A stretch of DNA of 64,000 nucleotides from Acidobacteriota bacterium. Its GTDB lineage: Bacteria > Acidobacteriota > CAIWXX01. This document shows, piece after piece, positions 9,910-20,324 of the stretch. Made by a program: the position numbers and the translations under genes. Numbering within the stretch: position 1 is the first letter of the stretch; every line of letters starts with the position of its first letter. The stretch lies in the NCBI GenBank assembly GCA_040755995.1, contig JBFMAF010000041.1:32001-96000 (forward strand). Reading direction: 5' to 3'. The notes beneath the pieces are model-generated. The model saw only the letters and a program-made list of their open reading frames with translations. It was not told the DNA's origin and ran no database searches.

Positions 9910-10500
9910 TTACAGCATCTTCTTCATGTCGTCCATCTGCGAGCGCAGCTTCGAGGCTTTCGGGTAGTCGGGATGGGCAGCCAGCAGCTTCTCCCATGCG
10001 TCGATCGCACCGCGCAGATCGTTCTTCCCGTGAAGCTTCACGATGCCCATGTTGTAAAGGGTCTGCGCATGGTTGCGATCGATCGCCAGTGACTGCTCGA
10101 ATTGGGCGATCGCCTCATCCGCCTTCCCGGTGTACCAGAGCGCCGTGCCGAGATCGGTGCTGATATTCACGTCGCCCCGGGATTTCTCCAGAGCTTTCCG
10201 GTAAAGAGGAATTGCATCGGCGAAACGCTGGCCATCATAGAGCAGGTTGGCGAGATTGACGAGCGCGTGCGTATCCTCCGGGTTCTTCTCCACGGCTGCC
10301 TTCAACGCCGCCAGTTCGCTGTCGCTGATCGGTGGGACGTCCGATTCTGTGGGCGCGGGCGACGTGGACGAACCTGAGTCCTGCGTCGCCATTTGGACAC
10401 CGGACGCCACTTCGGTTCTCAACATCAGATACACCAGTGCAGCCAGCGATCCGGTCGCAACGACCAGCATTGCTCCACGCCACACTCGTCGATTCTCCAC
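9910..10500 (-). CDS. membrane-anchored tetratricopeptide repeat protein
   Basis: N-terminal hydrophobic helix, S/P/T linker, TPR helices; GGAGG RBS before GTG. Confidence 0.85.
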   Translation of the reverse strand: MENRRVWRGAMLVVATGSLAALVYLMLRTEVASGVQMATQDSGSSTSPAPTESDVPPISDSELAALKAAVEKNPEDTHALVNLANLLYDGQRFADAIPLYRKALEKSRGDVNISTDLGTALWYTGKADEAIAQFEQSLAIDRNHAQTLYNMGIVKLHGKNDLRGAIDAWEKLLAAHPDYPKASKLRSQMDDMKKML

Positions 10501-10762
10501 CTCGACCTCCTCTCACTCCTGCACATCTGCGCCGGATTGAGTTGATTCTACATCGAGCGCATCGGAATCGCCAGGCTGGGCACCTTCGGCCGTACCCCCC
10601 AATGCACGTTCGGATTGTGTGACCCCCCGGAAGCCCACGCGCTCCACGGCGAGACCGCGGGATCCGCAGGCGCGGCGGCCCGGCACAAGCGCACTTCCCA
10701 TTTCGGCTGCGTCCGGCTATCATCAACCTTGCGGATGGTGACCTGATGCAGGATGTGAGCTG

Positions 10763-12115
10763 ATGTCACCGATCACCATAGAGATCCTCTTGATCGTGCT
10801 GCTGGTCCTGGCCAACGGTCTGTTTGCCATGGCGGAGATTGCCGTCGTGTCCTCACGTAAGGCCAGGCTGGAGCAATCGGCCAAGGAAGGCCGTGCAGGT
10901 GCCCGCCGGGCGCTGGACCTCGCTAACGACCCCGGCCGGTTCTTGTCCACTGTGCAGATGGGCATCACCTTGATTGGCATCCTGGCCGGCGCCTATGGTG
11001 GGGCCACGCTTGCGGAACAACTGGCCGAGCTGATGGAGCCGGTTCCGCTGCTCGCGCCGTATCGTGAAACCCTAGGTCTCGGGGTTGTGGTGCTCTGCAT
11101 CACGTACCTGTCGCTGATTCTTGGAGAGCTGGTGCCCAAGCAATTGGCCCTGGCGCACCCCGAGCCGATCGCGTCAGCCATTGCGACTCCGATGCGCCTC
11201 CTGTCCCGTATCGCCGCGCCCGCCGTCTGGCTTCTGACCGCCTCGACCGAGGCAGTCCTGCGAGTGCTCTCCATACGCCGCTCCTCCGAACCGCCCATCA
11301 CGGAGGCTGAGATCAAGCTGCTGATGCGCCAAGGCGCCGAAGCCGGCGTCTTCGAAAAGGTCGAGAACGAGATGGTGCAGGCCGCGCTGCGCCTGGGGGA
11401 CCGCCGCGTCGGCGCGCTGATGACGCCGCGGGCCGATATCGTTTGGTTGGATGCCGGGGAATCCCCCGCGGGCCTCAATGAGGCGATCGTTCGCGGCGCC
11501 CATCCCACATCCATGCCTGTGGGCGAGGGCACATTGGACCGGATCCTGGGCATCGTACACACCAAAGATCTGCTCGTCCAGAGCCTGCAGCTGGGGCGAG
11601 TCGACCTGCCTTCGGCGCTTCGGCAGCCGCTCTTCGTACCGGAATGCGCGCGGGCGCTTGAGGTTGTCGAGCTGTTCAAGCGGACGCGCACGCATGTGGC
11701 ACTGGTCGTGGACGAACACGGAGGCACGCAAGGCATCCTCACGCCCACCGACATCCTCGAAGCGCTGGTCGGGGATCTGCCCATGGCGGGTGAGACAGTC
11801 GAACCGCCGGCCGTGAGACGCGAAGACGGCTCGTGGCTCGTCGACGGTTCGATGCCCGTGGACGAATTCAAGGAGCTGCTGCCGATTTCGGAATTGCCCG
11901 GCGAAGCCCGGCGTGCGTACCAGACTCTGGGGGGATTTGTCATGATGCAGCTCGGCCATGTGCCGGCGGCAGGAGAGCATTTCGAGTGGGGAGGATTCCG
12001 GTTTGAGGTGGTCGACATGGATCGGCACCGCGTTGACAAGCTACTGATCGCGCCTCTGGAGTCGCAGGCCATGCCGGAAATCTCGGAACGCGGGCCGGAG
12101 ATGAAAGACGGCTGA
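10763..12115 (+). CDS. HlyC/CorC (CNNM) family transporter with CBS domains
   Basis: NGLFAMAEIA, GELVPK, MTPR, VVDEHGG and YQTLGGF motifs. Confidence 0.95.
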   Translation: MSPITIEILLIVLLVLANGLFAMAEIAVVSSRKARLEQSAKEGRAGARRALDLANDPGRFLSTVQMGITLIGILAGAYGGATLAEQLAELMEPVPLLAPYRETLGLGVVVLCITYLSLILGELVPKQLALAHPEPIASAIATPMRLLSRIAAPAVWLLTASTEAVLRVLSIRRSSEPPITEAEIKLLMRQGAEAGVFEKVENEMVQAALRLGDRRVGALMTPRADIVWLDAGESPAGLNEAIVRGAHPTSMPVGEGTLDRILGIVHTKDLLVQSLQLGRVDLPSALRQPLFVPECARALEVVELFKRTRTHVALVVDEHGGTQGILTPTDILEALVGDLPMAGETVEPPAVRREDGSWLVDGSMPVDEFKELLPISELPGEARRAYQTLGGFVMMQLGHVPAAGEHFEWGGFRFEVVDMDRHRVDKLLIAPLESQAMPEISERGPEMKDG

Positions 12116-12151
12116 GACGTCACCGGGCCGTCGCGCGCGGCAGGCGTCTCC

Positions 12152-12394
12152 TCAGCGCAACCGGCGGATAGTCGCCTTGTACTGGCCGCCGGACTTTTCG
12201 ATCGCGAGGAGCTCCTGGCCGTTGCTCTTGCACCAGGCCGGCATGTCCTGAATGATCCCGGCGTCGTCAGAGAGGACCACAAGGACGTCACCGACGGCAA
12301 TCTCCTTGATACGAGCGGCCGTCTTGACGATCGGGAGCGGGCAGAAGAGCCCGGTGGTGTCGAGCAGGTGTCGGCCGGGACGCTGATCGGCCAT
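12152..12394 (-). CDS. tusA: TusA/SirA family sulfur carrier
   Basis: LDTTGLFCPLP motif, 80 aa. Confidence 0.9.
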   Translation of the reverse strand: MADQRPGRHLLDTTGLFCPLPIVKTAARIKEIAVGDVLVVLSDDAGIIQDMPAWCKSNGQELLAIEKSGGQYKATIRRLR

Positions 12395-12412
12395 CAGTCG
12401 ACGCGTGGCGGC

Positions 12413-12778
12413 TCAGATTCGCTTCGGCGCATCGACGGTGCGGTCATTGCGCACATTGCCCGTGTTGAGTGTCGTCGCGGGTTCGAACAGCAGCACGTGC
12501 GCCTCTTTCTCGGCCACCGGCCTGTGCTCGACACCCCGCGGCACTATCAGAAACTCGCCCTCATTCAGATCCACGGTGCCGTCCGGGAGCTCCATCTTGA
12601 ACGCGCCTTTCACCACGAGAAACATCTCGTCTTCGGATTCGTGATGGTGCCAGACGAAGGGCCCTGTGAACTTCACCAGCTTCACGTACTGGCCGTTGAG
12701 CTCGCCGACGATTCTGGGCTGCCAGTGTTCGCCGAACATCGAGAGTTTTCCGGCGATGTTGACCTTCTCGATTGTCAT
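12413..12778 (-). CDS. cupin domain protein
   Basis: FVWHHHESEDEMF and VPRGVEHRP cupin motifs. Confidence 0.9.
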   Translation of the reverse strand: MTIEKVNIAGKLSMFGEHWQPRIVGELNGQYVKLVKFTGPFVWHHHESEDEMFLVVKGAFKMELPDGTVDLNEGEFLIVPRGVEHRPVAEKEAHVLLFEPATTLNTGNVRNDRTVDAPKRI

Positions 12779-12793
12779 CGCTGCCTCCAACTG

Positions 12794-13750
12794 TCAGGGT
12801 TCGATCAGTACCTTGAGCACCCCGTTCTGCTCGGCGTGACGAAGCGCCTCGGCACCGTTCGCCAGACGATAGCGGGCGTGAACAAGTGGAGTCACCTCTA
12901 CGAGATTCTGCGACAGCAGCCGCAGGGCAGGCGCGAATGGACCGCATCGAGATCCGACCAGGGTAACCTCATCCACGACGACCATCGTCAGGTTCGCTTC
13001 GATCGCTCCGTGGTAGGTGGATTTCAGGACTATGGTGCCCCGGGGCCTTACGATCCTGCGCGCAGCCTCGTAGCCCTCGGGCTCTCCCGTGGCTTCCACC
13101 ACGATATCGGCCGTGACGCGCGCCTCGCCGGTGTCTGCAAGAGCCGTGCGAATGCCTCGCTGACCGAGGAGCGCCAGGGACGCGGAGTGATGCCCGATGG
13201 CCAGAAGGTCGCAGCCCGTGAGCTGCAGAACCTGGGCACAGAGCAGGCCGAGCTTGCCGTCGCCCAGCACGACTACGCTGTCGGTGGGTCGCACCTGGAG
13301 CGCCTCGGTGATCTCGCATGCGGCAGCCAGCGGCTCGACAAAGACCGCCGACTCGTCGCTCACTCGGTCGGGCACGCGATGCAGGTTGCGCACGGGCAGG
13401 CAGAGGTATTCGGCGAAGCTGCCATCGCGCCCCGCGATGCCGAGTGTCGTCCGGTTGGGACAGTGCGTCGGCCGGCCGGCCGCGCATGCATGGCACTGCC
13501 CGCATGCGGCGTTGATCTCGCCGACGACCCGCTGGCCGAGCAGCTCCGGCGAGTCGTCCGCCCTCTCGACGATGCCGACAAATTCGTGGCCGGGGACGCC
13601 ACGAAAGGAAAGGTACCCACGGGTGATCTCCAGATCGGTGTTGCAGACGCCGCTCAGTACCATGCGCACGAGCGCCTCACCCGCAGCCGGTGCCGGCGTC
13701 GTGTAGTCTTCTTGCAGACTCAGCGTACCGTCAAAGTACAAAGCGCGCAT
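12794..13750 (-). CDS. zinc-dependent alcohol dehydrogenase (MDR family)
   Basis: CNTD, GHEFVG, CGQCHAC...C structural zinc site, GDGKLG. Confidence 0.93.
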   Translation of the reverse strand: MRALYFDGTLSLQEDYTTPAPAAGEALVRMVLSGVCNTDLEITRGYLSFRGVPGHEFVGIVERADDSPELLGQRVVGEINAACGQCHACAAGRPTHCPNRTTLGIAGRDGSFAEYLCLPVRNLHRVPDRVSDESAVFVEPLAAACEITEALQVRPTDSVVVLGDGKLGLLCAQVLQLTGCDLLAIGHHSASLALLGQRGIRTALADTGEARVTADIVVEATGEPEGYEAARRIVRPRGTIVLKSTYHGAIEANLTMVVVDEVTLVGSRCGPFAPALRLLSQNLVEVTPLVHARYRLANGAEALRHAEQNGVLKVLIEP

Positions 13751-13806
13751 CGAAATCGGTCTGCCTGAGCGTACTGTGAAATCACGGGCCGCGGGATCGC
13801 GATCTC

Positions 13807-15681
13807 CTATTTACTCCAGGAAGTCCTAAGAGTGGACGCGAGGTCCTTGCCGGGCCGGCGCCGTTCCCATGGGGTGATCCATTGTGACAGAGGCAGGCGA
13901 TCCTCGGCCGCCTCGCTAACCCGGGCTGGCTCGGGTGGAGCCCACACCTCCGCACGCTTCTTCGGACCTGAGATGGCGTCCAGCTCGCGATGCGCCAGCT
14001 CCCTGATATCCTTACGCATTCCCTGCGCCGCGATCTCCTCGGTGAACATTCTGCGCCCTTCGACCAGGTCCGCCACGTATCCGGCGATCTGTTCATCGCT
14101 GTAGAGATTCCGGGCGTCGTACATCGAGAGATCGCCGCCTTCGCACCGAACGACCTCCTCCGTCCCAAGGCGCCCCTTCGAGTACTCGTTGGTGCCGCGC
14201 AGATCGCCGCGCTGCAGCGCCGCCATGAGGTCGATCGGCACCCTGGTCACTTTCCGGATGAGCTGCTTGGCACCGGTGCCCTTGTCGATTTCGATGATCT
14301 CTCCGACCCCACCCGTGTTGTATTGGAAGAAATGGACTTTGCCGGGGAACTTGTCCACCAGCCCCATCACGATGTCATAGAAGGCGTTGACCTTGCGGCC
14401 CTGGTTGCCGATGATGAAATCGTCCATCCCCACGATGCGGACGCTCTCTCCGGCTTTCTCCGGGACAGTGGCGAAGCTGTGTGTGGACTCGCCCCAGAGA
14501 TAGGCGAGGACCCCCTGCTGGGGGCTCAACCGCTGGGCAAACGGCATGATGGTGTTCCGCCGCGTGATGAAGGCGAAGACGAGGCCATCGAGGTTCTCGA
14601 GCGGAGGCAGATCGATCGAATCCGCGCAGATCGACATCAGCTTGCCGCCCCGCCTGACCTTGAGCTGGCGCCTGTCGAGAACACCACGCCCGTTCTCGCC
14701 CAGGCGCTCATCCAGGAAGTCGATCTCCCCCTTGGCATCGAGCATGACGTTCTCGAGGAGCGCAGACTTGTGCGACAGGGCGTAGTGCATGGCCTCCTGG
14801 AGGCTCTGCTCGACGTCGGTCTTTACGTAGAAGCCCTGCTCGGTGCCGAGCGCCGAGCCGTCGCGTTTCAGGAAGACGATGTCGTCCTGCGCCACCCACG
14901 TCCCCTCGCCCTGCGTGTGATCCAGGCCTAGCTGGTGGCACGACCACGTCGACTTCCCCGTTGCTGTCAGTCCGAACATGAACACGCCGTAGCTCTTGAG
15001 CTTGCCCGTGCGCGTGTCGCGCGCTCTCACTACCTTGGTTCCTGCGTGCAGACCCAGCATCCCCCGCTGGTCCGCGCGGAACATACCCTGACGCAGGAAC
15101 CCTTTCTTGCACTCGCCCGTGTAATCGGTCCCCATCGCGATGTTGATGTCGTGCTCGGGTATGGTCAGGATCTGCATCCGGAGCTGGTGCTCTTCGGGTA
15201 TGTCGATCATCGTGAACTCGGGGCCGGGTCTCGACTTCTTGACGTCGTCCATGGTGCAGGCCCACATGTAAGCCAGCCGATAGTGCTTCGGATCAGCCAC
15301 CGAGACGTAGAGATTGCAGATGGGGCTGAATTCACGGTTGTTCCCCATCTGGCGGCGGATATGAACGAAGGGATGAGTGCGGAGGAGCTGCAGGACTTTG
15401 TGCAGCTGCTCGGGCGCCTTGCCGACTATGGACAGCTGGAGCGGGCCGGGGCGCGGCAGCACCACGTCGGGGCTCCCTAGATACACCGTGCGCGCGGCCA
15501 TGCGGGACGAGATTGCGGAATACCACATGTGAGAACCGTTTGCGGTGCGGCGGGCGCCCGCCAGGGCCCTGTTGCGCAACGAGCGCATCGACAGCGTCTC
15601 CACATTCGGGCCGTGCAACGCAGGTCTCAGGTTTTCAGCGAACCTTCTGTAAACGTCCGGATCGTATGGGCCCTTCGCCAT
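13807..15681 (-). CDS. pckA: phosphoenolpyruvate carboxykinase (ATP) family, divergent
   Basis: YTGECKK, LHAG, GLTATGKST P-loop, QDD, TEQGFYVKT, ENGR and NTG motifs; GGAGG before ATG 15681. Confidence 0.85.
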   Translation of the reverse strand: MAKGPYDPDVYRRFAENLRPALHGPNVETLSMRSLRNRALAGARRTANGSHMWYSAISSRMAARTVYLGSPDVVLPRPGPLQLSIVGKAPEQLHKVLQLLRTHPFVHIRRQMGNNREFSPICNLYVSVADPKHYRLAYMWACTMDDVKKSRPGPEFTMIDIPEEHQLRMQILTIPEHDINIAMGTDYTGECKKGFLRQGMFRADQRGMLGLHAGTKVVRARDTRTGKLKSYGVFMFGLTATGKSTWSCHQLGLDHTQGEGTWVAQDDIVFLKRDGSALGTEQGFYVKTDVEQSLQEAMHYALSHKSALLENVMLDAKGEIDFLDERLGENGRGVLDRRQLKVRRGGKLMSICADSIDLPPLENLDGLVFAFITRRNTIMPFAQRLSPQQGVLAYLWGESTHSFATVPEKAGESVRIVGMDDFIIGNQGRKVNAFYDIVMGLVDKFPGKVHFFQYNTGGVGEIIEIDKGTGAKQLIRKVTRVPIDLMAALQRGDLRGTNEYSKGRLGTEEVVRCEGGDLSMYDARNLYSDEQIAGYVADLVEGRRMFTEEIAAQGMRKDIRELAHRELDAISGPKKRAEVWAPPEPARVSEAAEDRLPLSQWITPWERRRPGKDLASTLRTSWSK

Positions 15682-15867
15682 TCGCACCTCCCGCGCGAAG
15701 TATAGCGTCTCCACCTGAACGCGCGCAAGATGAAGTCGGTCATGGCACCGGCGAGCTGCGGGGAAGCGGCCGGCGTCGGGGCGCGCGGCGCGCGCCCGTA
15801 GCGCGTACGACGGATGGGAGATTGTAGTACACACGTGATATGGTATACTTAGGGATGGAGGTATCCC

Positions 15868-16131
15868 ATGGAAGTCGTAGTGGTAACGACAAAGGGCCAG
15901 ATTGTGATCCCGGCAGAGGTAAGACGAACACTGGGCGTCAGGAAGGGGAGCAGGCTTGCGGTGGAGGAACGGAAGGGCACGATCATCCTGAGGCCGCTCA
16001 CCCGCGAGCACTTCCTCAAGTTGAGCGGGGTCGCGCGCGGATGGGGGTTGCTCGACGCCCTCTCGCGGGTGAAAGTCGAGGACCGGAAGCGGGAGGAGGC
16101 CAAAGTTGGCCGGCGGACGGGTTCTGGATAG
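15868..16131 (+). CDS. AbrB/MazE/SpoVT family antitoxin
   Basis: VTTKGQIVIPAEVRRTLG; TGGTATACT extended -10 and GGAGG upstream. Confidence 0.92.
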   Translation: MEVVVVTTKGQIVIPAEVRRTLGVRKGSRLAVEERKGTIILRPLTREHFLKLSGVARGWGLLDALSRVKVEDRKREEAKVGRRTGSG

Positions 16132-16516
16132 CTGGGCCGTCATCTGCTACCTGGCCCGCGAGCCGGGCTTCGAGGAGGTTGCGGAGCTGTTGGCCGAGGC
16201 CGTCATGGCGGGGCACAAGATGAGATTGAGTGTGGTGAACTGGGGGGAGGTGCTGTACATCGCGCAGCGGAGGAAGGGGAGGAGCGGAGTGCGCACGATC
16301 GAGACCGCGATTGATGGGCTCCCCATTGACCTCGTCCCGGTCGATAAGGACACTGCGCGGCAGGCCGCCCAGGTGAAGGCAGGCGGCGGGTTGTCATATG
16401 CCGACGCATTCGCGGTGGCCCTGGCGAGGCTCGCCGGCGTCGACCTCGTGACAGGTGATCCTGAAATGGCCGCCGCGGAGAAATTCGTCAAAGTGAGATG
16501 GCTCGTGAAGAGGTAG
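16106..16516 (+). CDS. vapC: PIN-domain toxin VapC
   Basis: VLDSWA, NWGE, LSYADAF and TGD acidic PIN motifs; overlaps the antitoxin gene. Confidence 0.92.
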   Translation: MAGGRVLDSWAVICYLAREPGFEEVAELLAEAVMAGHKMRLSVVNWGEVLYIAQRRKGRSGVRTIETAIDGLPIDLVPVDKDTARQAAQVKAGGGLSYADAFAVALARLAGVDLVTGDPEMAAAEKFVKVRWLVKR

Positions 16517-16543
16517 GGGCGCAGGGCGCGCGCCCTGCGTCAG

Positions 16544-17785
16544 GTGACACCGGCCGTCCCGCCGAGTATCATGCGGCTGATGGATGATCTTGAGCGTGCC
16601 CTCCCGCAGGCGCTCGAGGCGTGCAAGCCGAGTATCCTGGCACTTGCCGGCGATCTTATGGCGATCCCGACGGAGAACCCGCCGGGCCGGGCGTATCCAG
16701 AGTGCGTCGAGCGCATCCGCGCCGAGCTGGATCTGGTGGGACTTGATCACCGTCTCATCGAGGCTCCGGGTGAGGCGGGCCTCCCTCGGTTCAACCTGCT
16801 CGCTTTTCACGGCGACGGCAGTCGTACTCTATGCCTCCACGGGCACTACGACGTGGTGCCGGCTCAGAGCAGCGCGCAGTTCAATCCTCGCGTCGAGGGC
16901 GGTTGGTTGATTGGCCGCGGATCTGCCGACATGAAGGCCGGCATCGCGGCGATGGTCTATGCTGCACATCTTCTGAAGCAGCTCAATGCGCCTCTGCGGG
17001 GCCGAGTGGGACTGTGCATTGTCGCCGACGAGGAGACCGGCGGCAGGGGAGGATCAGGGTACCTCGATGAGCTCGGCCTGCTGGGGCGCGACGCCGTCGC
17101 CATGCTCACGCCGGAGCCGACGGGAGGCGTTGTATGGAATGCCAATCGAGGCGCGATAACGCTGCGAGTCACGGTGAAAGGCAGAGCCGCCCACGTTGGA
17201 TTGCAGCATCAAGGGATCAACGCCTTCGAACAGATGCTGCGTGTCGCCTCGGCACTACAGGGGCTGAAGGCCGATGTCGAACGCCGGAGGACCAGCTATC
17301 GGATAGGGCCTGATGCTGCCGCCAATTCCATCCTGATGCTGGGCGGTCGAGTCGAAGGCGGAACGAATTTCAACGTTGTTCCCGAGTCCTGCTCATTCAC
17401 CTTGGACAGGCGGTTCAATCCTGAGGAAGACACTGAAACCGAGAAGGCACGCCTGTTCGCGGTGCTGGAAAAGCTCCGAGGCGAAGGTATCGACCTATCG
17501 GTGGAAACACTGCAAGAAGGATGCTCGAGTGGGGTCCCGGAGGATGATCCTACTGGCCAGATTCTGGCGGAGACGATCAAGGCGGTAGCAGGTGAGCCCG
17601 CGCGCTTCGAGATGTGCCCGGGCTTGCTGGAGACGCGTTGGTACGCACGCAAGGGCATCCCCGCTTTCGCATATGGACCCGGGCGGCTCGACCTGGCTCA
17701 CGGGCCGGACGAGGCGGTCGAGATCGAGCGTATCTGGCAGTGCACGCTCGCTTGCGCCGTCTTTGCCTGCCGTCTTCTGTCCTGA
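16544..17785 (+). CDS. M20 family (ArgE/DapE-like) metallopeptidase/deacylase
   Basis: HGHYDVV, GRGSADMK, DEE and AHGPDE motifs; exact start uncertain. Confidence 0.92.
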   Translation: MTPAVPPSIMRLMDDLERALPQALEACKPSILALAGDLMAIPTENPPGRAYPECVERIRAELDLVGLDHRLIEAPGEAGLPRFNLLAFHGDGSRTLCLHGHYDVVPAQSSAQFNPRVEGGWLIGRGSADMKAGIAAMVYAAHLLKQLNAPLRGRVGLCIVADEETGGRGGSGYLDELGLLGRDAVAMLTPEPTGGVVWNANRGAITLRVTVKGRAAHVGLQHQGINAFEQMLRVASALQGLKADVERRRTSYRIGPDAAANSILMLGGRVEGGTNFNVVPESCSFTLDRRFNPEEDTETEKARLFAVLEKLRGEGIDLSVETLQEGCSSGVPEDDPTGQILAETIKAVAGEPARFEMCPGLLETRWYARKGIPAFAYGPGRLDLAHGPDEAVEIERIWQCTLACAVFACRLLS

Positions 17786-17802
17786 AGCGCCCCTTCTCCG
17801 TG

Positions 17803-18180
17803 TCACAGCGTCTCCGCGTCGTTCCTCGCCCCCTCGCGGACAAAGTGCGGCACGCTCTGAGGAAGCTCGATCGAAAGTTCCACGAGGCCGGCGTAACGTC
17901 CTTCCTGATACCAGGGTCCCTGGTAGATCAGCTTCCTGACGCCGTGCTTCTCGATTGTATACACGTTGGTGCCCTGGGTGTCGAGCAGCTCCTGGAGCTT
18001 GCTGCGGGCGGGCTCGGGGTGGCAGTCGAGCACGTTGGATCCCACGAGCGCCCTGCCACCGTCGTCCTCGAACGTCTTCGCCGATTTCTCGTTCATCTCC
18101 AGGATGACCCCGTTGCCATCGCATACTGTGATCGCTATCGGAAATGCGTCTGTCCACGTCCGGTTGTTCTGCTCACTCAT
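17803..18180 (-). CDS. stand-alone PAS domain protein
   Basis: AITVCDGNGVILEMN...GSNVLDCHP PAS pattern. Confidence 0.8.
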   Translation of the reverse strand: MSEQNNRTWTDAFPIAITVCDGNGVILEMNEKSAKTFEDDGGRALVGSNVLDCHPEPARSKLQELLDTQGTNVYTIEKHGVRKLIYQGPWYQEGRYAGLVELSIELPQSVPHFVREGARNDAETL

Positions 18181-18181
18181 G

Positions 18182-20311
18182 TCACGCCCCTCCAGTTACG
18201 GTCAGCCGCAGCAGCGTGGCGCTCGACCCCTTCCCGATTCTGTCAGTAGCCGCCACACGAAGTTGGTACGGTCCATGTCGAAGCTGCGGGGGCAAGGTGA
18301 GTTTGAAGACCATGTCGTAGTCCGTCTTGGACGGCCAGTCCCCCTGGAGGAACTTGTACGAGCTGAGCGGGACAGCAACGCCCTCGGGTGTGACAATCTG
18401 CCAGCGAATGTCCAGATCGGGTTTGCCGGTCGAATCGAGGGCGACGTCGTATACCTTGACCAACAGCGTCAAGTCGCCTCCGGGCGCCACGGCCGGAACG
18501 GCGAGTGCTGGGGCCGGTGAGCCCTTGAAGATGAGCGGACTGCATGAGCCCGCGAGACGCCTCGACGTGGTGTACTCCCATTGGCTCTTCTCCGACACGA
18601 AGCAGGCGGCCATCGCGAACCCCGGCGACAGAGCCACACTTACGGCAGAGGTGGCCGTGGCGCAAGCGCCGCTCTTGGTGCTGCGAACAACCGAGTGGAT
18701 CTCGTAGGTTCCAGGCATGAGCTCCATCACGTCCGCAAAGCGCGCCCCGGGTGATTTCTGCGGGTCCTTGAGCTTGGACATCCCGTGACAGTAGCCCCTG
18801 ACCTCGCCGCGCCCCGGCAGCACGGCGAATGAGAACATCTCCAGGTCCTTGCCGCCGTCCGCGGTCAGCTTCCTGAGGGTCTCCGCCGGCGTCTCGATCA
18901 CGACTGCACAACGTCCCGCCGAAGGTTGAGCGCCCTCCTGTTTCTCCCTGCACGGCGGAAACAGGGTCGCCGATGAGGAAGCCACGAGGCCCTCGGGGGA
19001 CTTGCCGGTGGCGAGGATCTGCGCAATCTGCACCTGCCTCTCCAGCTCCGAGAACTGCTCGTAAGGCTTCGGCTCGTAATACCCCTTGCGGTGCGAGAGC
19101 TTGATCCCGCTGCGGGTCGTGTCGACTTCGATCTTGTGGTACCCGCCCTTTCGCGTGGACGGGGCGTTGTAGGCCAGCACGTAATAGGAGGCCGTGGCAC
19201 CAGTGATCTTATTTATCACGGCATCGAGGTCGTTGGTATTCGCAAAAACCTCCCCGCCGGTCTCTGCGGCGATCATGTCGAGGGAGGCGCGGGTGCCTAT
19301 GCCGGAACCGGCTTCGCTCGGCCCCGCCTGGCGGCTGGTGCCGCTCGCGTCGATGCAGAAAACGCGGCAGTCGGACGCCGAGAGCAGTTTGAGCGCCTGT
19401 TCCAGCAGGTCGATGTTCCGCGAGTCGACTTCGCCCGTGGTAGTGTCAAGCTGCTCCCAGTTCTCGTTCTGGAATCGCTCGGCCTGCTTGGCCGCTTCCT
19501 GCGTAGTCATCCCTCCGAGGGCCTTCGTGTCGAAGCCCTTGGAGAAGAACATCACGGTCTTCCGTCCCTGCAGGACGTCGATTCCGCGGACCAATGTCTG
19601 CAACCCGGTCAGGTACGATCCGATGGCCCCGCGGTACTGGAGCGCGTCGGCGCGCTGAAGTTGCTGCGCTACTCGCGCGTCGCTTATTACGAGGTTTGTC
19701 TGGATTCCGGCTCCCAGTGTCGTCGCTCCGGATGCAGTCTTCTGAGCGAGCTGAGTAGTGGTCAGCCTGACCATGCCGGCCGAATCCGGCACAAAGGCGT
19801 CCGATTCGGAGCCGCCCAGGGAAGTGATCGCGTCCTCTATCTGCGCCCGATCTTTGCAGAAATTCATCAGCAGGCTGACGCCCTTGAACGTGTCCATCGC
19901 GAAGACGGCGACGTAGTCGCCGGGCTCGAGCTCCTCGCGCACGAACTTCAGCGACGCAGCACGCGCGAGCTGGAGAGAGGAGAGATCGTTGAACGTCAGA
20001 TCGAAAAGGATGACGAAGTTGCGCGCGAGACGCAGCGGCTCGGCGGAAGATCCGGGCTCCACGGGCGGCTCACCGGTCTCCACGTGCGTGGCGAATAGCA
20101 GCTCCTGCTTCGCGCCATTGTCCTTGACGATGAAGTCCTCGGGGCTGAGGTCCTCGACGGGGCGTCCGTCTTTGTCGGTCACTGTGACCGATACCTGGAC
20201 GGCCGAGACCTGTGCAGTCTCGGATACCTGCTTCGTGTCTGCTGCGGCATGCGTCGCGACGGACCACGTAATCACCGACGTAAGTGCTAAGGCTGTTGTC
20301 TTCATGCTCAT
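18182..20311 (-). CDS. secreted acidobacterial-type VWA domain protein
   Basis: VTVTDKDGRPVEDLSPEDF, GRKTVMFFSKGF, IAAETGG, YYVLAY...YHKIEV...HRKGY. Confidence 0.88.
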   Translation of the reverse strand: MSMKTTALALTSVITWSVATHAAADTKQVSETAQVSAVQVSVTVTDKDGRPVEDLSPEDFIVKDNGAKQELLFATHVETGEPPVEPGSSAEPLRLARNFVILFDLTFNDLSSLQLARAASLKFVREELEPGDYVAVFAMDTFKGVSLLMNFCKDRAQIEDAITSLGGSESDAFVPDSAGMVRLTTTQLAQKTASGATTLGAGIQTNLVISDARVAQQLQRADALQYRGAIGSYLTGLQTLVRGIDVLQGRKTVMFFSKGFDTKALGGMTTQEAAKQAERFQNENWEQLDTTTGEVDSRNIDLLEQALKLLSASDCRVFCIDASGTSRQAGPSEAGSGIGTRASLDMIAAETGGEVFANTNDLDAVINKITGATASYYVLAYNAPSTRKGGYHKIEVDTTRSGIKLSHRKGYYEPKPYEQFSELERQVQIAQILATGKSPEGLVASSSATLFPPCREKQEGAQPSAGRCAVVIETPAETLRKLTADGGKDLEMFSFAVLPGRGEVRGYCHGMSKLKDPQKSPGARFADVMELMPGTYEIHSVVRSTKSGACATATSAVSVALSPGFAMAACFVSEKSQWEYTTSRRLAGSCSPLIFKGSPAPALAVPAVAPGGDLTLLVKVYDVALDSTGKPDLDIRWQIVTPEGVAVPLSSYKFLQGDWPSKTDYDMVFKLTLPPQLRHGPYQLRVAATDRIGKGSSATLLRLTVTGGA

Positions 20312-20324
20312 CTACTCCAGACGG

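Noticed and set aside
10513..10769. Short ORFs between the TPR and hlyC genes
   Set aside because: No recognisable motifs; the region more likely holds divergent promoters
10993..12300. Long antisense ORFs (also 28944..30662, 36819..38630, 56952..58112, 59039..60442)
   Set aside because: Shadows of well-supported genes on the opposite strand, expected in high-GC DNA; no motifs
15682..16143. 154-aa N-terminal extension of PEPCK in the ORF track
   Set aside because: Overlaps the AbrB antitoxin on the other strand; an RBS supports ATG 15681
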